A stretch of DNA of 64,000 nt from Hormiphora californensis. Taxonomy: Eukaryota > Animalia > Ctenophora. Positions 45,501-57,129 of this stretch are shown here, one piece after another (position 1 is the first letter of the stretch; each line of letters begins with the position of its first letter). The translations under genes were made by a program, and so were the position numbers. Below the pieces are notes generated by a model, which was not told the origin of the DNA, did no database searches, and was given only the letters and a program-made list of their open reading frames with translations. The stretch covers positions 6,510,001-6,574,000 of the forward strand of contig CM035356.1 of NCBI GenBank assembly GCA_020137815.1, read 5' to 3'.

Positions 45501-48358
45501 CGCTTCGTCACGGGTTATGCCACCAATCACACAGGAGATATCTATGGGAGACTGGAGGAAATGGTAGAGTTTCTGCAGCATGTCGTCAGTGGGGTCTGGA
45601 AACTCGGGTGAAAACTTTCTCCCCGCGAAGTGTATCAGATCAAACACCCCTCGACATTCCAAGGAGTTTCCTGCGAATGGTGTGGCTGCAGTAAAATTGG
45701 AAAACTTCCAACTAGTGTTGCCTTGTCCAGAGCTGATGTAGTTAAGCTGGATAACGATGCCCTCCAGACAGACAACTCTCTCGAAGTCTACGTTATTTCC
45801 ACCAATAGGAGAGTTTAGTGCTCTGATCTGGTACATGGAGCTGGGTGATGCTCCTCCTCCCAGGCAGGCCAGTACTAGAAGAATGGGAGACATTCTGGAG
45901 CTGGTTGAGGCTGGTCACGTAAAACTTGTTATGTTCTAACTCTCCTTTACAGGCAACGTAAAACTAGAAATATGCTTTTAATGTTTTTAGGGTTTTTATA
46001 TCACAATAGTTCTTGTGTTCATTGGACGGGTTGGACTCGCTGGATGTTGTTGGATGAGGCCAGATGTTTCGGTGTTTGACACCATCGTCGGTGGTGGCTG
46101 GGAATAGAGCATATTGGGAATAGGAATCGGAATCGAGATTCATGTCGGAACAATCACGTACTCTCTATCTCGTACTCTCTATCTCGTATGTGATTGTTTT
46201 GATATGAATTTCGATTTTGGTTCCTATTCCTAAATGTGTTCTATTTTTGGCTACTACTGATGATGGTGTTGAACGCCGAGGTATCTGGTTGCATCCAGTG
46301 ATGTCCAGCGAGTCTAACTTGTCCAATGAACACAAGAACTATTATCAATCATGAGACTCAAGAATAGTCAAGCGATACATTATTTGTTTTTATATCACGT
46401 TTACGTATTATAATTGTTATTATACCATACCAGGAGCATGATCACATGTTATGATCACATGATATCACATAACAATACAGTATGAAGTATGAACCCCGAT
46501 AGCTGATTTATCAGTCGTTTGAACATTTAACGTGCACATGATAACTGCGAGCTGGGGGACGTACGAGATAGAGAGTACGAGATAGAGAGTACAATGAACA
46601 CCCTGCTCGCTATTTATTATATGTAGTACAGTCGGACCCCGATTTAGGGGCCCCCGATTTAGTGGCACCCCGATTTAACACTCGGGTTTTGTGAAATTTC
46701 CCACGGTCATAATTCCACTCCCTGATGGGATGGAGACTTGGGATTTGTTTTGTAGGGAGAACTCGACATGGTCTCCTCACAAAACAGATTTCGAGTCTCT
46801 ATCTCATCAGGGGGTGGAGCTATGTCTGTCTAAAATCCGGTCGCGCGCAGCAAGGGACATAATAGTTTGAGAGGACCTTTAGGGACAGGATTTTTTCCCC
46901 CGATATAGGAAGTTAACCTTATTTGACCCCGATTTAGTGGACACCCCGATTTAGTGGACAAGAGCCTTTCCCCCGAGGGTGTCCCTAAATCGGGGTCCGA
47001 CTGTAGAAGCGATAACTACACTCGCCTCCTTTGATTTCTGTAGGGCTTTTCCCGTGCTGAAGGGTGGAAATGAAGGTTCAAATACCGCTGAGTTAAATTA
47101 AATCGCTAATTGAAAAACGCCAAAATGGCCTGAATCGACCTGGGTTCGGATGATAGGTTTTGGAGTTGTGGCTCCGGACTTCGTGGGGATGTCCGCTGGG
47201 ATGGCAATGTGCGCCGGAATTGGATGGAGGCCTAAATTGATTCGTCCGAATTCGGTACGAAAAGCCAGGAAAACTGAATTGTGTTCAGTTCGCCCTTGTG
47301 CATTGTAGAGAGGTTGCTCGTCTGATCGTTCCCTTATCTTTGTAATCGTATACCCTCCCTAAACCATCCCTCGCACCCTACCTCCCTTGTCTTTGTATCT
47401 GAACCACCCAACCATCGACAAATCTACACATTTGAACAGGATAAGAACTCTATGTTTATTGTTTAACTATAATCAATGCAACTGATAAACGCACTACAAA
47501 TGACTCATAATGAATTTACAGTTTTTACATAATGTTTAAAATTCAAAGCTTTGGTTGATTAAGAGATTGCGGGAGAGTAGAACTGAGTAGTACACTATAG
47601 TGTTCCGGCCATAATTATATGGTTTTGTGTCGCTGACTTAGCACGTTTATCGCATGTTACTGTTGGTGAGCAGCCCCCGGCCACCTTCATTTCTCAGCCA
47701 CCTTCACATCCACAGTGAAGTCACTAGATAGGCCCCATGGAACTGTCATTAAGCGGATAGTGTCATGGGGCCTATAATTCAGCCTCACGTCCACTCACTA
47801 GCTCACCGAGGCATTGCTCAGCATATCATACCACGCTCAGATCACGTTCTATGTCTGATCAATTGATGTGAATTGTATATGTTGGGTTGGGCAAATTTGG
47901 AGAAAATCACAAATTCATCACTCAACTGTTCCAGATCATCTTCATGTTCCAGCAAGAATTTCTATTCAGCCACACCTTTCTTTTCAGCTACTTCTCCTTT
48001 TCTGCTATTTTTCATCTCATTCCCCCGCCCTTTCTTCTTTTCTCACTCGTTCCTGCATGCACTCGTTCCTGCATGCACCTCCCCCTTCTTTCTGTTTTAA
48101 TCTTCCCGTCGAGATCTGCAGCAGTTTTGCAGCTGACTCTCCTCCCCGGCTCCCTCCTTAACCTAATTATTTTCAGGACAGTGGCACGATACCATCTTAT
48201 CTCAGTTCTCAAGGTCTCTCCCTAGTAATCCCCTAGTCTGTCCATTCCAGCATTGAACCCTTTTCTCAACTAATTTACCCATTGTCTCAGATTTATTGGT
48301 TCAACCAATTTGAGCCTAGAGGACTGTTTTCGTTTTCCCCCTTCCTTACCTCTGCGGC

Positions 48359-48389
<31 letters not shown>

Positions 48390-48498
48390 CCTCTCCCTCC
48401 CTTATCTCTCGCTCTGTCCTCCTCTCTTTTTCTCCTTCCAGACCTTCTTCTCTCAGCACTATCTCTCTCTCCCTCGCTCTCTCTCCCTCGCTCTCTCT

Positions 48499-48566
<68 letters not shown>

Positions 48567-51500
48567 CTCTCGCTGTTGTCATGGTAATATTATAATAATA
48601 ATATTATTAATATGTCAATGGGAGCCAGCCAGGATCGGATCTTGTCATTATACATTGTGTATAATATTGATTTTATCCTTTTCTTTCCATCTTTCTCTTC
48701 TACCCTCTCTCTTTCTCTCTCTCCCTTACTTCTATCGTTTTACAACACCTGCTAGGGTGCAGTCCCGACCCACATTACCGTACGTAGCTCGTAAAATTTA
48801 GGCTCTTTCTGAAAAAAGAGAGTGGTCGGGACGGCCCTGGCAGGTTCACCCCGCGCTGGCCAAGCGCTGTATAAGGTTGTGCCGTCGGAACTAATGCTAT
48901 CCCAAACTATGTTGTCTAGCTGTACAACCACGCTGCTCTCTCGTGCGACTCTTGATTGAAGAGCAACCATCAATGTTGATATTCAATTAGCAGTCTATAC
49001 TCATGTGACGGAGAGAGCAGGGCTGTGCAGCGTTCGTGTCGAGAAGACAGAGGGCAAGATGGGGCGCGGTGAATTCATGTTTTGTAAGGCAGCCCTTGAG
49101 ATACAGAAACAGAGGTTAACTCCTTGCAAAACTATGGATGCGGAGAAGATACGAAAAAAAAAAAAAAAAAAAACGATATCTCTCTCTCCCCTCAAACTAC
49201 GCGATATGTCACGCACTGTGCTAATTAAAAAAATCCATCTTCACTTCCTAACTCAGTTGTGCAGCAAGACTTATCTCTTTCTGCACAACTCAACGATCTC
49301 GTTTCACACGAGCGATCTTGGGATTTCCCAGCGAACATGGTATATCCAGCGACTAAACCGAAACGAATCATAATATGTAACCATAGTTCACATTTAATCT
49401 CTATTATTTGCCTCCACCCACCCCTCCGCCCACCCCACCCCTCCTCCCCACCCACCTCCCCCGCCTCACCCGTCCCAAAGTAGAGGACTTTCTGAAACAG
49501 GTTACTATAGAGACAATCCTTGTGTTCTAATTCGCTAAGTCGCTTATCGCGTGTAAGTGTGTAACAACTCACAAATATAGTAGCAAAACTACTCCCCCGA
49601 TACTGCTTTGCAGGTACGCTGCCCCTGCAGGCATACATATACTAATTTTTGAGTAAATACTATCTGGTTGAATAACAATTTCAAGATCTAGATCTAAAAT
49701 AAACCTCCGATATTTTTTAATCCCTACTACCCTCCACCCGCCCCGAACCGCCCACCACCAATATATTCATACTAAACAAAACTGTGGACTGAGAACAAAT
49801 CCTTGCTAGTTCAGCCTTCTAACCTAATCGGACTTAATTAGTCCTAATCAGACAGATAGGTCTCACATTACACATATAATACGTACAATACCCGTCCTGC
49901 CACTTATAATGTAAACCTACCATATGCCAGACCAATTCAAGATACTATAATACTATAATAATGAAACCCCAAACACCTAATATGTGGGTGACCTAAAATC
50001 CTAAAAACGGAGGCAAAACCTCGTACAATAACCTATGTAAAACGATAATAAACCACACCGCAGTAGCTATCAGGCTAATCGAGACTAAAGAATAGAAAGC
50101 GACATCCCCTCTTGTCGCAGGGGGATAGAGCCACGGAGCCAAGAATCACAGAAAGAAGAATCAAGATTCTGCGACTCTCGAAGGAGTTTAGTCTCCCGAA
50201 CCCGAAGCCACCTATAATGCGAACCTGTCCTGTGGTCAGTTCCTGATGGTGGGGGAGGGGAGGGGGGCTATTCTCCTAGTGCCGGCGATATCGCTTTGCG
50301 ATAGTCCCCTGTGGGCTTGCCGTTGGCAAGCCCAGGCACTCCGTAGATAGATAGATAGATAGGCCCGGGTGTTTTATCCTCGAACACCAGCACTCTTTTT
50401 CACTGAGTTAAATGAGGAATGTGAACTTGGAAAGTTGCCATCACTGGATATATATTAATCCTAAATATCTCAGGTCATGTTTAACGCACAGACAAATTTA
50501 TACTGGCGACATGATAAATTACACACATTCCTTTGTGTAGCTCACACCGTGTTTAATTTCTGTGAGGATTTCGGTTTAGATCAAACATTTCTCTCTGATC
50601 TTTTTTCTTTCTTTTATTTAAATATTTTTCTGATCTTTTTCTCTCTCTTCAGAAAACGTGGGGTGATCACCAGTTGTATGAATACGCAGTGGATCTACAT
50701 CGCCACCAGCAGTTTGAGTTTCGTGTGAGGGGCGATGGTCGACCATATCGAGTCCAGGTGAGAGTTGTTGATGACATTTCAAAGTTGGCACTCCCAAACT
50801 CACAGTGGTCATCCGACATTATAATTGCCATATCTCGACGTGAACTTCGACGTGGAATTCGACGAGGAATAGCAGGCGTGCCTGCTGTGCGCGGCACATT
50901 GGCACGTGCGGCATGGGCAGCAGGCGTTCATAACTACAAACGCCTGCTATTCCTCGTCGAATTCCACGTCGAAGTTCACGTCGAGATATGGCAATTATGT
51001 CGGATGACCACTGTCATGTGCATGTGATATTTATCGATTTTTACGCACACCACATGTAAACATGTGATAGGCGCATAAAAAACGAGCACACGTACGATAA
51101 GGGGGGGGGGGGTAACAACTTCAAAAAACTTCGATATACACGGTAAACCACTTCAATATTGGGGACAAATTTTCCAGAATGATATATCCTTATTAGGTTT
51201 GATTTAGCATCATTTCCCAATTCCCATGCTAATACAGTATAATATTCATATTGATATGGAGTGATACTCATCATAAAGATAGTATATTGGAGGCATTAAG
51301 ATCTGTGAACTGAGTGAGAAATAGAGAGCAAAATGTGAGAAACAGAGAGAATCGGTAATATATATTTCGTGTATGTCAGCTAATTTCACTAATAAGAGAA
51401 CTATAATACCATGTATACTTGAGTAAGGGAGCGGTACTATACACAGTTTTACATATTTACAAGTATCTTCATTAGTAAGATTATTATATGGGTCCTCCTC

Positions 51501-53061
51501 TTATTCAGATCTTCTGATCATTTTCTGTCCGACTGTACTGTCATATATATGTCCCTAGAATTAAGATTTCAATATATGTAATATTTTCTGCGTTTTAGTT
51601 GTGGTTCAAGTCGTTAGGGGGAGACAATATGAGAGAAGCTACCCGGTTCTGGGTGGGCCACATGCAAACCCGAGGCGGTCCATATTGGGAACGAATAAAG
51701 GTAACTAATATTGTATTGTGTCATTGTGTACTGTTATTCTCCGCTTTGCGGCCTTGTGTGCCGTAAGTTACTAAGTGTATGACAACCGCAGTGGTCTCTC
51801 ACTTGCTAACTAACTTTACTGGCCACTATAACTGCAATATAACTAATGTACTTCACTACTGCAACAAATACTGTACTTCAGACTTCAGTAGTGTAATATA
51901 ACTAATTTGTACTTCAGTAGAGATTCGCCTGTATACAGTGTGTCAAAAGCAGTGCGTCACACAGTACATTAGAATTAGTGTGCCCAATTAGGTGGTATAT
52001 AGGTTGTTACATATTATATTGTTTATCGTATTAAATATCGATAAAATATATCGAAATATATATGACCACCAGTGTTACCAGTAACCGACCGACACAAGTA
52101 AACAACCAATCAGAACTCGTTATTTAGGTCACGTGACTGGTTATCAGCCAATCAGGGACCAGTATTTCCTGATTCGGTCGGTTCCTGAGTTTTACATATA
52201 TTTTCAGATACCGTTCAACCGTTTCTACCCGCTCAAGTATGAAAGGGTTACCTTTATAAAACACAAACCCCCGATGATGAAGCTCTACTCAATAGGAATA
52301 TTCCCCTTCGAGCAGATACCAGGTACTAACATGAAGTATGTATAGTAAGTCACACGTGTATGACTACTTGCGGGCGGCATTCTTTTCCCGTCCAATCATC
52401 TAATGAAGATTGGTTGTTGACTTCTATAACTTCACAACTAGGTTTCCACTTTCCATATATTCAAATGACCTGTGCCAAACAATAGGCCGTGTTTAAGATG
52501 GGTCGCCTGTGTATGAACAAGTCTTTAGTCATCATGGATTCTGAATTATCACACACTGTAGACCTTCCTTGTGTCATCCTCTCTCACTTGTAAAACAAGG
52601 GTTAGAACTTCCAATGTTCGACCCTTTCTCTCTCCGGGTTAGAACTTCCCTTGTTCGACCCTCTCTCTCTCTCTCTCCGGGTTAGAACTTCCAATGTTCG
52701 ACCCTCTCTCTCTCCGGGTTAGAACTTCCCTTGTTCGACCCTTTCTCTCTCCGGGTTAGAACTTCCCTTGTTCGACCCTCTCTCTCTCTCTAAGGGTTAT
52801 AACTTCCCTTGTTCGACCCTCTCTCTCTCCGGGTTAAAAAATATTACATAACATAACAACCTCTATTTACTTCTAGGTGACTTTAACCTAGAGATCGACA
52901 GTATACGGGCACTAACGTCCTTCGTAGATGACGACGCTCTGTGGTCTCCAGAGGCCATGTATAAATGGGACCCCTCCCGTGCTGTACAAATGGACACGGA
53001 GATTTACGGACGATATAGAAAATCTCGGGTGTATAGCAAACATGATCATGTTCTTTTTTAA
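40971..53061 (+). CDS. NDUFAF1: Complex I intermediate-associated protein 30 (CIA30)
   Basis: Exons 40971-41130, 41381-41478, 42679-42771, 50653-50757, 51599-51700, 52208-52322, 52877-53061 all join in phase. Motifs LWKF..DD..TGGRS, GYAGIRS, FEFRVRGDGRPY, TRGGPYWERIKIPFNRF, GDFNLEIDSI. Confidence 0.9.
43362..45893 (-). CDS. Rhodopsin-class GPCR with N-terminal LDL-receptor class A repeats (GRL101/RXFP-like, no LRRs seen), nested antisense in NDUFAF1 intron 3
   Basis: Exons 45893-44170 and 43986-43362 join in phase (NPFLTR|YDEEHLRF). Signal peptide; LDLa motifs VCDGIANCEGGTDE, VCDGIIDCPNGHDE, VCDGARDCANGLDE; DFLMGLYL, WRSSISCSTLG, YYGNSPLC, LPSNSLLNPIFYS. Confidence 0.92.
46005..46385. mobile_element. 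Penelope-like element fragment in inverted (foldback) arrangement with 13-bp TSD and degenerate hammerhead core
   Basis: TSD gtttttatatcac at 45992-46004 and 46386-46398; arms 46005-46160 and 46185-46343; arm consensus gives CTGATGA-tggtgttaaacacc-GAAA. Confidence 0.7.
46628..47005. mobile_element. MITE with TA|CAGTCGGACCCCGATTTAG termini (pogo/Tigger-like), hosting the nested hairpin repeat at 46680-46882
   Basis: tacagtcggaccccgatttaggg ... ccctaaatcggggtccgactgta; internal ccccgatttagtgg repeats. Confidence 0.8.
49256..49409 (+). repeat. ~154-bp direct repeat identical to 42886-43039
   Basis: agttgtgcagcaagacttatc...acatttaatctctattattt at both positions; near-identical spurious ORF peptides. 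Confidence 0.93.
50802..51014. mobile_element. Palindromic MITE, ~77-bp arms
   Basis: acagtggtcatccgacat...gaatagcaggcgt is mirrored by acgcctgctattc...atgtcggatgaccactgt. Confidence 0.85.
52079..52187. mobile_element. Copy of the ~109-bp CAGGAACCGACCGA MITE (opposite orientation)
   Basis: Reverse complement of 21239-21347. Confidence 0.85.
52598..52836 (+). repeat. Intronic ~36-42-bp tandem repeat (gggttagaacttcccttgttcgaccc(tc)n)
   Basis: About 6 copies visible. Confidence 0.85.
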
Positions 53062-53919
53062 TGTATTATTTGTAATTGATGAAGTATTATGTTTACAGAA
53101 AACACCGCTTAGTAATATATGATTAACATTGTTGAGTAAGGGGTGGTCAACAAGATTAACACATGTTCAAACTGTGTTGGGGCGACGATAGTATGGAGTC
53201 ATGACATGTGAGCTGCTTCAATATAATTACCTGGACGGAATACGGATCAGTCATCAGGGAAATGAAAAAATGTTGAAGCGGTTTTTACACCCTTCCCAAG
53301 CAACTCATTGTTTTTGCGTAACACGCAGCGACACACCAACAGAGGTCTGCGCGCGGGACCATATTATATCAGGAGTTCCGAAAATTTGGATTTTCGAAGA
53401 GCTCTGACAAGCGCCAACTTAAAACTAATATAATATATACAGCATTGAACAAAAGTATGTATAGTAAATGTATTTCTCACCAAACTAAAATAAAATTACC
53501 AACTCTACAAAACGTTATAAAAATCCAACCGTACCAAAAACAAAAAACTCCCCAAAGTTCAAACAAATGATTCGAAATTACCTCTTCGCCCTCACACAAT
53601 ACCCACATATCTCTACGTATCAAGCCATTTACTAATGGCGTGGTGAGGCAGGGTGTTGGTATTGGATTCAATACATAACATACCAACCAGCTGAGATACT
53701 GAGTCCAAATAAGACGGATCCTCTACCTAATGGAGAGTGATTTGCTTCGTATATACTTGCCATGCTACGCAGTCTGTCTGTTCGGCACTTTAAGCGCCCT
53801 TCGGGCTCGTGTAAGCTCACACCGGGCCGAAGGCCAGGTGTGAGAGCTGACAGGCAAGGAACATACCACTAGTATTACAAGCTATAAACCCGAAATTATT
53901 ACAATTATAATGTTGGGCT

Positions 53920-55584
53920 TATTGCAGAATTAGTGGTGGTAAAAGGGGTGGGATACCATCGGTGAGCCGTTGCATGTGATTTGGTGAAACACAACTCAAC
54001 CCTATTACCAAAACTACAACCCTAAGTATCAAACAGTCGCTATGATCACATATCTCACCTTTTCAATGCCGTGATGTCTAGGAGCAGGGAAAGCTCCTGC
54101 ACCACCACCTCCACCCAACACCGGCCCATTTGACAAGATGAGAGGTCGAGGGGGGAACTCCAGAGTTTTGTGGCTCACTTTCAGCTCTTTACCGGACCCT
54201 GGAGAGACTAATCCATAGCCTGGATAGTGAGGGGAGAAACATGCTCACAAAGAGAGAGAGTATTCGCTGACGTAGTAGTATTCATAACAGCTTAGAACAA
54301 GTAAAGGATATAGTCGAGACAAGAGTTCACTTTTTGTTCAGAAAATAAAAAATCAAAAGTGTGAGTATTCAAGACCGACACACGGTAGATTGAGGGTGTA
54401 GTAATCAAGACATGTAACATTTAGTAGACTTACCTAAAGGGCGAGAGGAATTAGGAATCAGAGCACCCAGGTAGTCCTCCCCAAATCGATCAGACTTATT
54501 GGGCTCCAAAATTATGTTTTTCTTCTTTAATGCATCCGATCTGAAACGCCTTTACATTGAAATTTTATTTAATGAAAGGACATACACTTGCAAGGATGGA
54601 GGATCTGTAGTGGACACAAACCGTTGTAGCATTTGGAACTTTCACTATATATTGGGTACGTCGCCCCGGCACTGTTAGGAAAGCTCGACAACTAACAAAA
54701 GCACTAACAAAGGCACTAACTTCGGAGGGGGGAGGGGGGCGGAGGGGGGGGGGGTGCTGCTACGCAGTCAAGCCACTAACCTGGGTGGTCGGATTGGTAG
54801 GGATATATTTTCCACGTGCAAATTGAAACTCCTCTGCTGGTCTTGAAAGAGGTACTTCGTCAGAGAGGCTGACCGTTGGTGTAGCTGCAGCAGAAGTTGC
54901 TCCTTTTGAAAGTTCACTGCGGGAAATTGAGAGTGTTAAATGTTAAAAACACTGTGAAATGTTAATAACAATATGAACTAATTAACTAATTAATTAACTT
55001 CCAGATCAAATCCAATTACTAGATTACATTGTACAACAAACCATATGCAATGATGTATATGAGCATGCACGAAACAATTGCTGTCACTCACTTTGGGATT
55101 TACCAGAGTCCAGATTTATGGTTGAAGCAACGGACCGGTGAGACAGATTATCCTCAAATTCTGCTATCCCCCAGTCCTCAGCCACATTCGGCACCGAATG
55201 GGCCCGCATTTCCGATGAGATACACAGTTTAGCGCCCGTACCGGTGAAGTTGACCAGCTTGCACTTTAGAGGTTCCTTGTCAGAGGGTGTGTAACTATCA
55301 CCACCACCACATCCGGTACCCTGTAGGGTTGGTTTTACTGGGTGGGGGTTCAGCCGGGATAATCCTGCCGAGTGGGTGTCAAGATAACTATACGCTGGCC
55401 TCCTCGGTCGAGCATCTGCACATGATTTCTTAGTCGGTTTGAGGTAACCAGGGGGTGGTTTCTTGTTCGGGCATTTTCGTTTTCGTGTTCCTTCCCAAAG
55501 GGCTGTGGTGTCAGCCCAATCGGCGGTACTGATGAATTGAAGTTCCTTGCGGTATTTTGTCTTGCACTCGAAATCACATCCCAT
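53920..55584 (-). CDS. Multi-exon gene of unknown function (3' end uncertain)
   Basis: ATG at 55584 directly after a pyrimidine tract + TAG; long first exon (MGCDFECKTKYRKELQF...). Further GT-AG-bounded open segments at ~54917-54781, ~54540-54434, ~54219-54059. No family recognised and not all phases resolved. Confidence 0.5.
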
Positions 55585-55836
55585 CGCTAGATATAGGATA
55601 GGTGAAATCAAGACGAGGTAGTAGAGGATGGGATAGGGAAGACCAGGGAAGGCCAGAGAGGGGAGGGGCCAGGAGGGCCGAGGGGAGGGGCCAGGATGCG
55701 GTTTGAGGTAAAGAATTTCCCACGCTCGTACCGGGCAAAATCCCACCGCGCGCACACACCACATCAGTCGGTCTCGCGCGTTCCAGACTTGCTCTCACAC
55801 ACACTGCTTCAATAATCAAAATATTCAGTGACGTTT

Positions 55837-56810
55837 TTAGGGCAATAGTTTTCGAGCTTTCAATGGGGGTGGGTTAAATTCTTTATCATCTATCGTAGTT
55901 TCTGGATGGTTGGCCGAACTCCCTTCTCCATCAGACTCGTCAAAATACGCGTCTTCTGCATCTTGTGTCCTGAAAGTAAAAAGTTATAGAAAACATGGAG
56001 AATCAAAATTCTTCGCCCGGTGTTGTTCCCTAGTAACACAGAAATGTATTTCCTTCCTATAAACTCACTTCAGCTGCATGTCATCATAATCTTCATTATT
56101 ATCTATAGTAGAATAGTCAACAAAGGCTGTATCTTGTCCATCAAGAAATCGTTCAATCATTATAGATTTGAATTGTTCCTTTAAATCTTCCTTGTCTGTC
56201 CCACACTGTGCCATCTCGTCCTAGGAGAGAATAATAATAATAATAATAATACAAGGGGTTAAAAGTGTGTCACATTATTATAGGAGGTAGCATATAATTA
56301 TAAAAAAATATGTATGTATGCATAACAGGTGGGAATTTGCCTTTCCAAAAGACCTAGTTTTACTAAAACCTCTTTACAGCCACATACCTCACATACCTCA
56401 CACAAACCTCACACATACCTCACACATACCTCGCATACCTCACACAAACCTCACTATCCTCATCTTCTTCTTCTTCCACCTCATTTGCCTCTTCATAGTT
56501 GGTCCTGTCATTTCTCTCGAGTAGAAAAGTGGAGAATCGACAGTCTCGAGTCAACTGACCTCTCTCTCGTACCTCTTTCTCTTCTTGTGTCTCAAACTGA
56601 CCTAACGGAGATTGAAGGGAATGGAAAACTTGAGGGTATAATTAAATTACAGTGTCATGGCACCGAATACCGAGAGTGCTCAATCGACAGAGCGAGAGTG
56701 ATATAACAAATTTGGTAGAATGAAACTAACTATGAAAATACAAAACCAATAAAAAATATTGTTAACAGAATTCCAATCACAAACTACTCATGTTTTGATA
56801 AGTGCGTTGT

Positions 56811-56884
<74 letters not shown>

Positions 56885-57085
56885 AGCTCGACTACAAGCG
56901 ACGAGATAAAATAAAAGAGCTATAGATCATAGACTCGCTCTCTAGACTATCTCCCCTCTCATCCCACCTCTATCGCGCTCTCTCTCTCTCTCTCGCTCTC
57001 TCTCCTCTCTCGCTCTCTCCTCCTCGCTCTCTCTCTCTCTCTCTCTTCTTCTCTGCCTCTCTCTCTTCTCTCTCTCTCTCTCTCG

Positions 57086-57129
<44 letters not shown>

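Larger units (their letters stand above)
42885..50360 (+). mobile_element. 7476-bp putative retro-transduced insertion with 14-bp TSD (AGGCCCGGGTGTTT), 3' stem-loop and (TAGA)n tail
   Basis: Exact 14-mer at 42871-42884 and 50361-50374; gggcttgcc-gtt-ggcaagccc at ~50313-50333; tail tagatagatagatagat abuts the right TSD. Confidence 0.72.

Noticed and set aside
48820-48905. Possible HDV-like ribozyme at the 5' end of the tail-bearing element
   Set aside because: A P1-like pairing (gacggc/gccgtc) exists, but I could not build the P3/L3 nested pseudoknot with correct spacing
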